Of a stretch of DNA of 56,883 nucleotides, positions 14,860-27,700 are shown in pieces. Source of the DNA: Proteromonas lacertae (taxonomy: Eukaryota); the NCBI GenBank assembly GCA_002245135.1, contig NGBS01000040.1, positions 1-56,883 of the forward strand, given 5' to 3'. Position 1 is the stretch's first letter; every line of letters starts with the position of its first letter. Below the pieces are notes generated by a model that saw nothing but the letters and a program-made list of their open reading frames with translations, had not been told where the DNA came from and did not search any database. The position numbers and the translations under genes were made by a program.

Positions 14860-14944
14860 ATTGTAATTGTATTTAATTATTTTCACTCATATTTTATCCC
14901 ATTTTATATCTAACAAACTTTAATAATGATTTAATATTGCCACT

Positions 14945-16475
14945 CTTGTAGCAAATATTACCCAAAGAGATATACTCCAGTTTGGAATAAATACTTTCTT
15001 CTATATTCAGCTATTGCATTTTGAGCAATTGTGCCTTAATCTTGACATAATGAAATACTAAATAGTTTCTTAGATACATTTTATCAGCTAATTTCAATAA
15101 TTCATTCATTGGAGCAGCATCTGGAGATAATATGAAGATTAATGGAGCACAACAGTTAGAATCATTATAACAAGCCATTAAATCACTACTTGGAATTTCA
15201 ATGAATTTTCTACCATTAATTCATCAATTTCTGTGATTGGATCACTACTGAAATAAATAGCTTCCCTTTTTTCTAATTCCTTCTAAAATCGAACTATAAA
15301 CTTCTCCATTCCTTGAATCTTTGATAAACCAATTATTTCATTCCAACTTTTATCACTTAACCATTTTGGTTCTTTGGTTACTGGATTGGATTCTTCTAAT
15401 GTCAAAGCAGTATTACCTGTTAATAAATATCTAAAGGCAGCTGGATCTAATTCATTATTGATTAACAATATCTTTGTACATAATAAGAACGAGAATAATA
15501 ACTTATCTTTTTCAAATAAAGATCGACATACATTCTCATCTAATATATAAGTGAATGTATTATTCAAACTATTCAATCGATCTTTGATTTTATTAGTTCT
15601 TACAGCTTTATCAATTGATAATAAGAATAGAATAATATACCAATCCAATGAATATTGGTTTAATACCAGTTAAATCAGAAATACAGAAGAATAAAGCTGA
15701 TGCTCTTTCTGCCACTGGAATATAACTTGTTCGAACATGGGATATTTGTTGTTGTGTTGCTTTGGCACTCTTTACAGCTACCATAATCTCATTGGAGGTT
15801 TGCTTGGATTTGGCTAAAGTATCAATCAACTTTTCATCTTCTAATATATCACCTTCAGATGAAGCTAATAAATGTAAAATTTGATCTTCTATATCTTTCA
15901 ATGTCTTTTTATATTCGGCATCTTTCATTACCAACTCTACTCTTCTTTCTTTTAATTTTCTTTATTCTTTTCCTACTAATATACCTAATAATTGATCTTG
16001 TAAACCTTCTTGAGTTGTCATAAAGTTCAATAAATTCACTTTTACACAAGTTTCAGGTGGATAATGTGGATTTCTTAATCTTGTTGTTATATATAATCGA
16101 TTTTTTTCATCATAATTTACTGTATTATCATCTAACGATTAGCTTGTCCTTGAGGATCTATCATAAATGGCCATCTATTTGAATTTCTTAATATTATGCC
16201 ATTCTCTTATGGCTATTACATCTCCTAATATAACAACTAATGAATAACTTGTAAACTAGCTCAATAATCAGTCCATCGACTAGTTTTTCTAAATCTTCTT
16301 TCTTTTTTATTATGGTTTCTAATTCTTCTTATAAGGGTTGTACTTGATCAACTAATTCTTTCAATTCTACTTGTTTAATGGCTAATTGACCTTCAGCTTT
16401 TGCTTTTGTAGCTTGAGCTTTTTCTAAGGTTTATCTCTTTGGTACTATTACTTTCTTAATATCATAATATCTCTT
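14945..16475 (-). pseudogene. Axonemal dynein heavy chain fragment (stalk to AAA5/AAA6 region), with stops and deletions
   Basis: RWPFMIDPQGQAN, YITTRLRNPHYPPETCVKVNLLNF, GLQDQLLG, IEDQILHLLASSEGDILEDE, NVCRSLFEKDKLLFSFLL, PLIFILSP, SISLCQD*G. Confidence 0.92.
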
Positions 16476-16780
16476 GTTATTAATATAAATAGTTATTTAA
16501 ACAAATCATCTGATTATGAAACTATTTACAATATCATAAATCCAATACTATAACACATTGATTGACTAATTATTTCTTTAAAATTCTTTATATTTATAAT
16601 ACATAAACAAAATGAATGTTTGAAAAAAGATTTGATTGAATGGCTTGATTTGATTTGATGAAACGGACAAAAACATTTAGTTATAATCCTTTTTGTTTAT
16701 ATCTCATCAGTAATCACTTTTACGACTATTATTATAGTATATATTTATTAATTGATTAAATAGGTGACGGTTTAATCTAT

Positions 16781-19700
16781 ATGGGTTTACTAGGTAGTAA
16801 AGAAAGTATGTTATATGAAAAGGTTAGCAAAGAGAAAGGAAGAATGAAGTGTATAGATAATCCAACAAGCTTCATATACCAACAAGAAATTTCTAACAAT
16901 GTTTATGTTGTTGAGTATAGAATTATAAAGATAAAAGAAGAAATGTTCTTAGGGTATTCAGAAGGATGTAATGAGAAGAAAAATAGCGTGGCTGTATTAA
17001 CCAATAATTGTGTTAAATATGGTGAAAAAAAATATAAATGTGAAGGTCTATTATGTGATGGAGAAGTATATGAAGTAGAATACAATATGTATGAAAAGAA
17101 AATATCAATAAAAAAGAAAAGAAGTGAAAATATAGCAAGTATATATGTGAATGATATGCCAAATACTATATATCCATTATTTTCATTGCTTGATAAAAAT
17201 GATGAGATTAAAATCGAGAAATGTTATAGAAAAGATGTTGTAAAGAGAGTAAGACCACCAAGTGATGTTGGTAGAATAATAAAAAGACAAAAAACTGAAG
17301 ATATATCTGAGAATGGTGTTTATGCTGAATTGTATGAGAAGAATGATGAGAGTAGTTTTGATCAACCACCAAGTGTAAGTTCAAAACCAGTTCCACCACT
17401 TCTTTCTTCTGCTAAGAATCATCCTCAAGTTGAAGATAGAAGCAGCTGCAAAGAAGGAAATTATGAAGATATGATTAGTATGATATACAAAAGGGCAAAA
17501 AGTTTACAGTTAAGTGAGGATGAATTACTGGATATTATAAGTCGTTTACGTCTAGATAGTGATAAAGGTGGTGATAGAAGTGATGCATTATTCTCAAACA
17601 ATACAAATATTCCAATTTCTTTTCCATTAGCAGGTATTGCTATAAATGAAGAAGATGCTTTCATCAGAATAGTAAATTCTTTAAAATTAAATGTAGATAA
17701 TGGTATAGAGTTGTTAGAGTTTGATGAATCTGTAAATGTATTTCAATTCCCAAGAAAGAGAATTCTTATTAGAGAATGTTATAAACAAATGTTTAGACAT
17801 ATTTGTTTATTATTATCAAAAAATCCTCGACAAAATATAACAATAGAAGGACAACCAGGTATAGGAAAGACTTCCTTCATTTATGCATTATTATACTTTT
17901 TAAAGACAAATTTATGTAAAGAATATACTGAAGAGCAGAAGAATTACTTAAAGATTCAAGGATATACACATGAAATGGCTGTTATGGATGAAATAATAAG
18001 AAAATATGATAAAGAAAATGAACCAAGAATAAGAAAATTGAATGAAGAAATCGAAAATTTAACAAAAGAAAACAATAAAAAGAATATAAATGAAAATGAT
18101 ATTACAGAAGTAAACAATATTATTTGTAAAGATTTGAAAAGTATAACAGAAGATACATTTGGATATGATAAATTCATTAATGAGAATAAAACTGAATGTG
18201 ATAACATTATGAATAGTTTGAATAACGATAACAATAGAGTTATAAAACATTGTAATGGTAAGATTATACAAAAATTGAACGAAATTATAGAATTATTATT
18301 ACCATCAGGAAGACTTAGTAAATTCCTTTCTTCAAAAGATGTTACCATCGAAGTAAAAAAAATAGATGAATATTGTTGTTACATTATGAATAGAAATGAT
18401 AGACTTAATACATTGAAAATAGAACAATACAAGGATATGACATTGGTTGGATATGCCTTGATAAGTATAATATTAGATAAATTAAATGAGATTAATAAAA
18501 TATTATTAGAAAAAGAAGTAAATCAATACAATGTTTATAAACTACGAAAAGAAATAATGATAATTGATGAACTTAATAATACAAAGAATGACATGAAAAG
18601 AAAATTACAAAATATTCAAGACAAGATTAATGAAATAGAGAAGCAAAAAGCAGAAGTAGATAAAGTAAAGGATGATGAATTAGAAACTAGTGAAATAGAA
18701 TTGAAAATTGAATTTAATCATTACATATTTGAAGGTGAATGGAGAAATAGACCTATATATGTGATGAAAGGGAAGAAGAAAGGATTTTATAAGGATGAAA
18801 GAATTTATGAATTTAAATATGATGAGAGTAAAAATGATTACATTCTAGTGAAACGTGAAATGACAATTGAAGATATTGTAAATATAACAGAATCAATAAT
18901 AATAGTTGATACAATTAATTATGAGCAAATTGGGAAAAGAAATGCAATTATCTCAATTAGTTCACCAGATAGTGATAATAATGATTGTTATAATGGTAGT
19001 AAAGAATTATATTTTGATTCATTAGATAATGAAGAAATAGCAGAGTGGTTTAAAGAATGTACAGATGTTAATGTTGGTAATAATATTAGAATTGATGATT
19101 ATGTTAAAAGTGAAGAATTTGAAAGTATTCGTGATAGATATGGTAGTATCCCCAGACAGATTTATTTTGATTATTTATATAAAGAAAATTATGATGGTAA
19201 AGATTATTAAAAATATTATCAACAATTAATGAATAGTGTAGTTGGTACAACAGGATTTAATGAATTTCTGAATCTATATTCAAATAGAGAGAATTTAAAA
19301 AGTAAACCATTATCCAATATATTATTAAAATATGATATGAAATTAGAATGGGATTATGATTTAAGAGATTATATATTGAAACCAAAAGAGAATTTAAAAT
19401 TCATATCTGATGATATTGAAAAATATATTATTTCCAGATTATATCCACCAAATAATGAGATAGAGTATAAGAGTATAAGAAATAGTTATACACCTCTAAA
19501 TAAGAAACCTATCAATGAAAAAACTGAAAATGATAAAAATATGGAAAAGATATGTCTAAAACAAATAATATCATACAAATTGAGTAAAGGAGATATTCTA
19601 TTAACTAAAGGAGATTCCAATTTCAAATATAATACTGATAAACAATTACCAGGTCATTTTCCTGTTGATGGTTTACATTCTGTTTATCATATATTGGATG

Positions 19701-21160
19701 AAAATAATGTGTTTGATTTAATAATGAATGGAGTGTTTATAAAAATAGTATTAAATGATGAGACATTAGATGATGAAACAAAAATTAAGCAATCAATAAA
19801 AGTATGAAATTATATATTTATAGTTAAATAGCAATACAGTTTAACGAAAAGTGGTAGATTTCAATATGCTATAATAAGAAACGAAGACAGAATTGAATCT
19901 TATCATCATATTACTATTTCATCTCCAAAAGATCCACCACCACAACCATCACCAACAATAGAAGATTTAGAAGTTGATGATAATAGTAATTCTGAATTGG
20001 AAGAATTAATGAAAAGATATAATATAAATGTGGGAAATATAAAACTTCCATTTCCATTATTTCATATCAAAAAAGAAGATGAAAATGAAATAGAAATATT
20101 TGCAAATAATAATGAATTGTTTTTGATGAGAAAATGTTATAATGAGATGTTGAGAATAATTGATGAAGGTTTTAAGAACAATAAAAATAGATCAAAACCA
20201 CATCAAAAGACATATTTAATGCTTGGCAATAAAGGAATTGGTAAAACAGTATTAGCAGATGTTATAATTGAACATATTAAAAAGATTTATGAAGGAAGAA
20301 TAAATATAATATATAAATATCAAAATAAAAATCAAACATATGAAAAATATGTTCATACAAGTGAATATACAAATGAATATATTGTTGTTGGTAATGGAGC
20401 AGTAATTGGTGAAGATGATTATCCTGATGCTAAAATGATAATATTATTAGCTAATGGATCTAAAAAGGAGTATAAAACATTTCAAAGTAAAAGATGTCCA
20501 CTTGTGATGTATATACCTCCATTTTCAAAAGAAGAAATAGAAAAAGTAATCCTTATCCAACATCCAAAATACTCTAAAAATTATGAACAACATTATCTGA
20601 AGTTGAAAAATCTTGCAAATGCAGAAGAAATAAAGAAATGTGATGTTGAAAGTTATGTCAATAATATAGCTTATTATAGAAATAATTATGAATATTATGG
20701 TGGACTAATTGGAAATTACTATAATAATGAGAAAAAAATAATTAATTCCATTAATCGTATGGATATTGTAAAAGCTAAAGAAATAATAGAAGGAGTTACT
20801 ATATCATCTCTGTCAAAGTCTGATTATGATTTTGATGATATTTTTATATACAATACATATGAAGGTGATGTTACTAAATCCGATCATCTAATGTTTGTAA
20901 CTGAAACAATAGGGAGAATGGTTATTAATGAATTATATAAAATAACTAAAAAAGATGAATGTATTGCTAGGATAGACTTACTAAATAACACTCCGAATAG
21001 AAGTATGGTTGGACATTTATATGAAGGAATAATATTGTATTTAATGAAACACAGTAAAAATTTTAGAGATAGGATTATTACTGCAATGTGTAAATGTAAT
21101 GAAAAGTTCAATGATATGTATGAAGAAAAAAATAAAATGATTTCCTTTCCTAATATATAA
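16781..21160 (+). pseudogene. Crinkler/RHS-like family copy 2: SPRY-like header, NTPase with coiled-coil insert, degenerate nuclease-like region, second NTPase; one premature TAA and 3' truncation
   Basis: ORFs 16781, 19229 and 19997 join through an in-frame TAA (19208-19210, Trp in copy 3) and a 30-nt intron 19802-19831. Motifs GQPGIGKT, IIVDT, ISISSPD, YGSIPRQIY, GNKGIGKT. It ends shortly after GHLYEGIIL. Confidence 0.85.
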
Positions 21161-21330
21161 TATGTGATGAATAATCAACAGAAGAGAACTTGTTTCAATG
21201 ACATCTAAAAAAAGAGAATTTGTTATTAAGATATGTTAATCTTTATATATTAATTATTGATTGAGTTTGACTGTATTTGTTTGTGTTATTTTATTGTTTC
21301 TATACACCATACTAAAAAGAAATAATAATA

Positions 21331-21450
21331 AAAGAATCGTTACTATGACTTCGCACAGAGTCCCCCACTGTACTACTATCATAACTCGTACAATCTTAAC
21401 TTCGCAGTTCTGATGGGATGCGGTGCTTTATTGTAGATATGAACGATTCT
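21331..21450 (-). rRNA. 5S rRNA gene (solitary)
   Basis: Minus strand AGAATCGTTCATATC...GCACCGCATCCCATCAGAACTGCGAAGTTAAG...AGTAGTACAGTGGGGGAC...AACGATTCTTT. Length ~120 nt, terminal helix AGAATCG/CGATTCT, followed by a TTTT Pol III terminator. Confidence 0.93.
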
Positions 21451-22184
21451 TATTATTATTTCACTCTTTTTCTTATATATTACTCTCTCTTTTATAATTT
21501 CTTATAAACATTTTAAATCATATTGATAATGTTATATTAAAAGGAAATATACTATATATCAACCTATTCATGTTATTATATAAATATTTATGCTTAATGA
21601 TGATTTAAAGAGAAAATATGAAAAATGATGAAAGAAACGGCTAAATATTTATAAATAGAAAAAGTATTTTTGTGAAATTGATGTGTAAATGATATATTGT
21701 GGTGAATATAAGTGTATAATACTGAAGTATGATGATAATTTTATTTATATAGACAAAGTAAATGAAGAAAGAAACAGATTTCACATCTTTTTCATACTAA
21801 AACAACCCAATTATGTTAAAAATAATTTGTATTTAAAAATGATGTGAATAAGCTATAATTGTGAATTTGTGTAAGATAAAGTGAGTTTAAAGAAATAAAG
21901 ATGTGACATTTGATTAATATGAATGTTATTATTTCGACAGTTAAAGAGAAATTGTAGATACAAAAACAGATTAAGAACTACTCTTTATTTGAAAGTTTCA
22001 AATATCTTAATGTAGAAGAAGATGTAGTAGATTATGCCAAGATGAATATATTATCTCTAGATTTGTATGTATTGTAAAAACAAAAGTAATTATTTGATGA
22101 ATTATTGTTGTGATATTTTTATGTGAAATAGAAGTGTGATTATTTTGTATTTAGATTAAATACTGAGTTGAATAATTAAAAGCA

Positions 22185-22745
22185 ATAGTTATAATTAATA
22201 TTATTGTATGGTTTTATGTTGTTTGATGATGGTTAAAAAGGAGGAGGAAGAAAAAAATAGTTTGAAGATAAATAAATTACCTTTCCTAGCTATATTAAGC
22301 CTTTGTTATATATTTATTTATTTGTGTTATTTTAAGCATTGTGTATAAAGCGTAGAAATATTATAATGATAAAGAAAAAGAATATCTGAAATAATGAATG
22401 ATTAATTGTTTTTATAGAAATATAAAACAACAACAAATATTTTATTCATCAATATATAATAATAATAATTACATCACACACAAAATGTAAACAACATAAA
22501 ATAAATAAAGTATAATAATGAATAAAATTTATCTATATAAAATATTCCAATTCTTAAACCATCTTCCAAATAAACAAATTAATCACTTATATAACTTATA
22601 TAAATATTATTCAAACTAATTTCAATTGCAATTCTGTAAGGATTATTTATATCAACTACTTTTTTTATTCTATTCTTCTTCATCCTTTTTAACCATCATC
22701 GAACAACATAAAAACATATTATAGAATATAAACTATAACTATACT
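22185..22745. repeat. Imperfect inverted repeat (~22185-22270 vs ~22655-22745)
   Basis: TTTTATGTTGTTTGATGATGGTTAAAAAGGA versus the reverse complement of TCCTTTTTAACCATCATCGAACAACATAAAA. Confidence 0.75.
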
Positions 22746-24169
22746 GGTAATTGAATGTTCTAATTCAAATAATTTTGTGTATTTCTCTTTATACATATTC
22801 CAGATTTTTTGAGTTGTTCTAAAATGCTATTTAATAAAAAATAAATTATATAATTTATAGTTATTTTTTATACTTGAGCTAAAACATCATTCTGTTTCAC
22901 AATTTCTGCCAATTTCTTTGCATATTGATTAGCTCCTTCCATACTTTCATTTGCCTTTTCTCTTAATTCATCTTTCTTAGCTTGAAACTCCTTCAATTCT
23001 TCTCTTATATTTGTATGAGCTAATTGAAACATTTCTAATCTATGTTCCATCCACAATTTATCTTTATAATCTAAAATAATTTTCTTTTTCACTATCTCAC
23101 CATTTCCTAATTCAGATTCATATTCGTATTCTTTTTCATCAGAAACACCGATTAAATCGTATAACATTCCTTGAATTCCTTGTTGAATTCCTTGATTCTT
23201 TCTCTATTAAAATAATAATTTATATATTAATATTTATACAGTGTCTTTACCAATATAATTGAAATCAGGATGATCATGTAAATAAGAATTCATCTAAAAA
23301 ATTATAATATTTATATATACTTTTACTTGAAATTCTTTAGCTACTAATTCTGAAGGATTTTGTTTCTATTTCAATAATATTATATATATATATATATATA
23401 TAGATAGATAGATAATATACACTATATCTTATATGTGGGAACTCTTTAAGCGATAAACACACTGAAACTAATTGATTACTAATTTTACTAATCATATCCT
23501 TTTTCTTAGATTTTATTTCATCAGAATTACCATTTGCAAATAATACAGGTAATACATCTTTATCAGCAAGTGAAAATAGTTGTGGTTCTAATACGATGAA
23601 ATCCATATCAACTACACCCATATCCACTATTTTATCAGTTATTAATTCGTTTTCTTTGATTTTCTTCATCTGCTCATCTGATAAACTGGAGGTGAAGTAT
23701 AAGTATATTCGATCATATAACAAAATTGTTACTGGAACATTCGACATACCACAATAAAGTGATCTAGAATGTAATAATTATAATAATTATTTACATAAAA
23801 TGCACACTTTTCATCACCTGACACTTTAGCATATCTAACACTGAAATCTTTGTTGATCAAATCGATATTCTCATCTGTTGGTCGAACAAAATATATTACA
23901 TCCATTGCAGGTACTTGATCTCTCTCATTTTCTAAAAAGTCAATATCTACAAAAGATAAACAAACTATCATACCTACACATCCACTGTCGAATATTTCAT
24001 ATTTACCATAGACCAATGACACAACTAATCTTGTATGCTCATCCAAAACTAATATAAATCTATCATTTGTTAATTTCTTCTTTAATTCACTTAAAAGTAC
24101 TAATTTGGTATATTCACATATTTTTATACTATTACGAGTAAGATTGTCAAATTGTGATGTAAATTCCAT
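22745..24169 (-). pseudogene. Sec1/Munc18 (SM) family gene, 5' part, multi-exon, internally deleted and 3'-truncated
   Basis: ILVLDEHT, RDQVPAMDVIYFVRPT, RIYLYFTS, SVCLSLKEFPHIRY, GMLYDL, ILDYKDKLWMEHR. Short GT-AG introns are present. The expected LLILDR segment is missing near 23180, and the frame runs into a repeat at ~22745. Confidence 0.8.
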
Positions 24170-24569
24170 TCTCTATTAAAAATCTTTGAGTTTCAAAAAT
24201 TCTATTCGTTTCAGAAATTATCAATTTTCTCATTTAAACAAAAGGGACAGTATAAAATTCAATGATTTTATTATAGAAATGTAATTTGTAAAACTAGAAA
24301 TGTAATTGAGTTGTTAAAAGTGGATTATTGTTGTGATAAAGAAATAACAGGTATAGCTGGTATAAAAAGACACATTGTATGTTGTGATTAATTGATTTTG
24401 ATCTTGTTTATAATATACTTTATACACATACTTCTAATCTACATCATATCAGTTAATATTAAAATTTTAATTTTAACATAATAACAAAAATCACTCTAGA
24501 AAATATAAAGCTTCATCTTGCCATATATCATGAGAAAAATGACATGCAAAAAAATAAAACTAAGCAATT

Positions 24570-24650
24570 TGATTGGCTATTGTGACATGATTTAATTGGT
24601 TGTTGTTGTGTGATCTTATTGGTTACACGTGGAGCTATTTAATTGGTTAT
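24570..24650. promoter_or_regulatory. Four inverted CCAAT boxes (ATTGG) at ~23-bp spacing plus CACGTG, between the divergent Sec1 and CR-like genes
   Basis: ATTGG at 24572, 24595, 24618 and 24642; CACGTG at 24626-24631. Confidence 0.45.
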
Positions 24651-24733
24651 TCATTCAAATACTCATTTCATTTATATTTCATAAATTAGATCTTTAACTG
24701 CAGTTCTTCAAGTTTATATTATTTGGTTGTCAA

Positions 24734-27700
24734 ATGAGTGCTATTTTCAGATATATAGATGGTTTTATAGATTATTTATTTGGTACTTCATGTAAATATA
24801 ATGTGATTGATTTGAATCAAGAAGGTATAGAAATAACAGATTATAACTACCACATAATCCCACAAATTATTGAAGAAGATTCTTCTGTAGTGGTGGAATT
24901 TGAAAGAAAGAAAGGAGATGCTATCCTCTTAGGAATATATGATGATAAGAAAAAGAGTCACGTTGTTGCTATACTCGAATTAAATGATTGTAATACATTT
25001 AAAGTAGAATATTCAAATGATGGTGAAACAGTGAAAATTAATGGCAATGAGATATTAAAAATAGAAGGAAAAGCAGATGAATATTTTTTACCATTATTTG
25101 CTTTACATAAGAAAGATAATGAACAAAGTGAAATCAAAGATTTTGAAAATATGGGAAAGTAATCATAAGGATAATGAAAGTATTTGTTGTTTTCCAAGGG
25201 GTGAAGGTGAAACACGTATGGAAGAAGATGAGAATAAAGATGAAACTCTTCATATTAGTCAAATTAATAGTATATCATACAATTTTGTTATAATTTTATA
25301 GAAATAGACCAATCGAAAAGAAAAGCATCTGAAGATTTACAATTACGGGCAACAAAAAAGATTTGTATTGATGTTCGTAATATTGAAGTATATGAAGTCA
25401 ATAGCGGTTTATCTATTTTCTCAGGTAGGCTGAATAAAGGTGAAGTTTATCATTTCAAATTCAGAATAAATAAATTTGATGATAGAATAGATTTTGGTTA
25501 TTGTGCATATCATGATAAAGTTAAAGAGAATGATCCTTATATCAAGATATTAAGTGATAAATCTGAGATATTTAATGGAACAGAAATAACAAGTATTAAA
25601 GGAAATGTAGGAGTATATGAAGTGATTTATGATATGATTAACTATAAAATGTCAATCAAGCAAGGAAATGATCCAGTGGTGGAAGTTTGTCAAATCAATT
25701 CAGACATAATATACCCATTTGTTGAGGTAAGTAATAGTAGTGATAATGAAATTAGGTTGATAGAATATTGGAAATTACCAGTTGTAATAGAAAGATATAG
25801 ACTCACAAATACTTCAAATGAATCATATACAAATCCTGTTAATAACAAAACCGGTTATATTTGTACTTTATACAATAAGAAAGCCGAATTATATGAGAAT
25901 GGAAGTGATTATATTAGTGATAAAATTAAGTATGTTGTATGCAATAAAGTATTCAAAGATGAAGGTGATGATAAATATAATTATACAATAAATATAGAAA
26001 TGAAAGAAAATGATGGAATATATCACTTCTATTATGAAATAATGAGTGTTGATACTGCAGGTATTAGGTTTGGTTATTGTCAAAATCGAGATTTAGCAAA
26101 TGAAGTAACAATATTGCATGATATTCCAGTAGAAAATGGGAAAGTATATGAAGTAATATATGATATGATACATATGCAGATGTGTATTATTAAAGATGGT
26201 TATACAGTATTATCTCCACAAGTTATACCCACATCTACAGACTCATCTTCACCAATTTACCCACGTATTAGTACTGGTGATAGGGGTGGATCAGTTAAAT
26301 TAATAGAATATTATAAAGAAAGAGAAAATTATGGATTTAATGATATTACAATGTATATAAATACAAGAATTGATGAAATAAAAGATTATAAAGGATATAA
26401 TAAATTCTATAGAGCTGAAGAGTTAGGATTACCAAATAGTATTTATGGTTTGTATAATTATGAAAAATATTACTGGCTATATGAATTATCATTAATAAAA
26501 ACTAATGCACCAAACACTGATATTACTCCAATAAAGAAAATTATAGAATCTAGATTTAGATTAAATGAACATCAAATGAAATATATAGATAAAAGTGATA
26601 TTACAGATTTAATCATATTCTTAAAATATTATGCTGAAGAAATGTCAGAATACTTAGATTTACCAGATAGTTTTGTCAAAATAGTAAACAGTTTGAGTAT
26701 TAAAAGTTCAGATGATGTGAAATATTTAGAATTTAGACAATCAAATGTAAATGTTTTCCAGTTTCCAATGAACAGAATTTACATCAGAGATTGTTATTAT
26801 GAAATGTTTAGAGATATATGTAAATGTTTATCAGTAGACAAGTCTAATATAGTAGTAACTGGTCAACCAGGTATTGGGAAAACATCATTCATATATGTAT
26901 TATTATACTTCATAAGGAATAATTACTTATATTATCCATTTGATAACAATTTAAAGACTTATTTAGAATGTGAAGAATTGAAAAAAGAAATAGAAAGTAT
27001 AAGCAATAATGGAAGTACAAGAAAAATAGATGAATTACTAATCAAGAATGGGATTAAATTCACAAAAGAAGATAATGCAAATTATAATGATTTAATAGAA
27101 AAAGGATTGAATCATCATATTGATGATAAAGTAATAAATAGTGATGATAATGTATGGATAAAAAATGATGAAAAGTTTAAAGATATTTACATAATTAAAG
27201 GAAAAAAATATGGAGATGAAGATAAAAGGAAAGTATATTTAATGAGAGATGGTGTTATTTTTAAGATAGACAGTATGCAAATTATATTGAATGAAATAAG
27301 AGATTCTATAATAATAGTTGATACTTTAAATGAAATTTTTAATGATAGTAACAAAATTATTTCAATAAGTTCACCTGATCATAATAACAATAGTAATTAC
27401 GAGGATTCTCGTAAAGAATTATATTTTGAATCTTTAAGTGAAAAAGAAATTAATGAGTGGTTTGTAAATTGTATTGGTTTTGATATTCATAGTGTTTCTG
27501 ATGATGATGATAGTAATGATTTTAAAAGAATATGTAAAAAGTATGGAAATATTCCTCGTCAAATATATTACCATTATTTATATAGAAAGAATTATGAAAA
27601 CAGAGATTATTGGGACTATTATAAGCAGCTGATAGAAAGTGTAGTAGGAACAACTGGTTATAGCAAGTTTATAGAGAAATATATGGAGAAAGAAAATTTA

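Noticed and set aside
16659..16690. GAAACGGACAAAAA shared with the Tigger subterminal region (~39859)
   Set aside because: A 14-bp match without TIR or TSD is too short to call an element.
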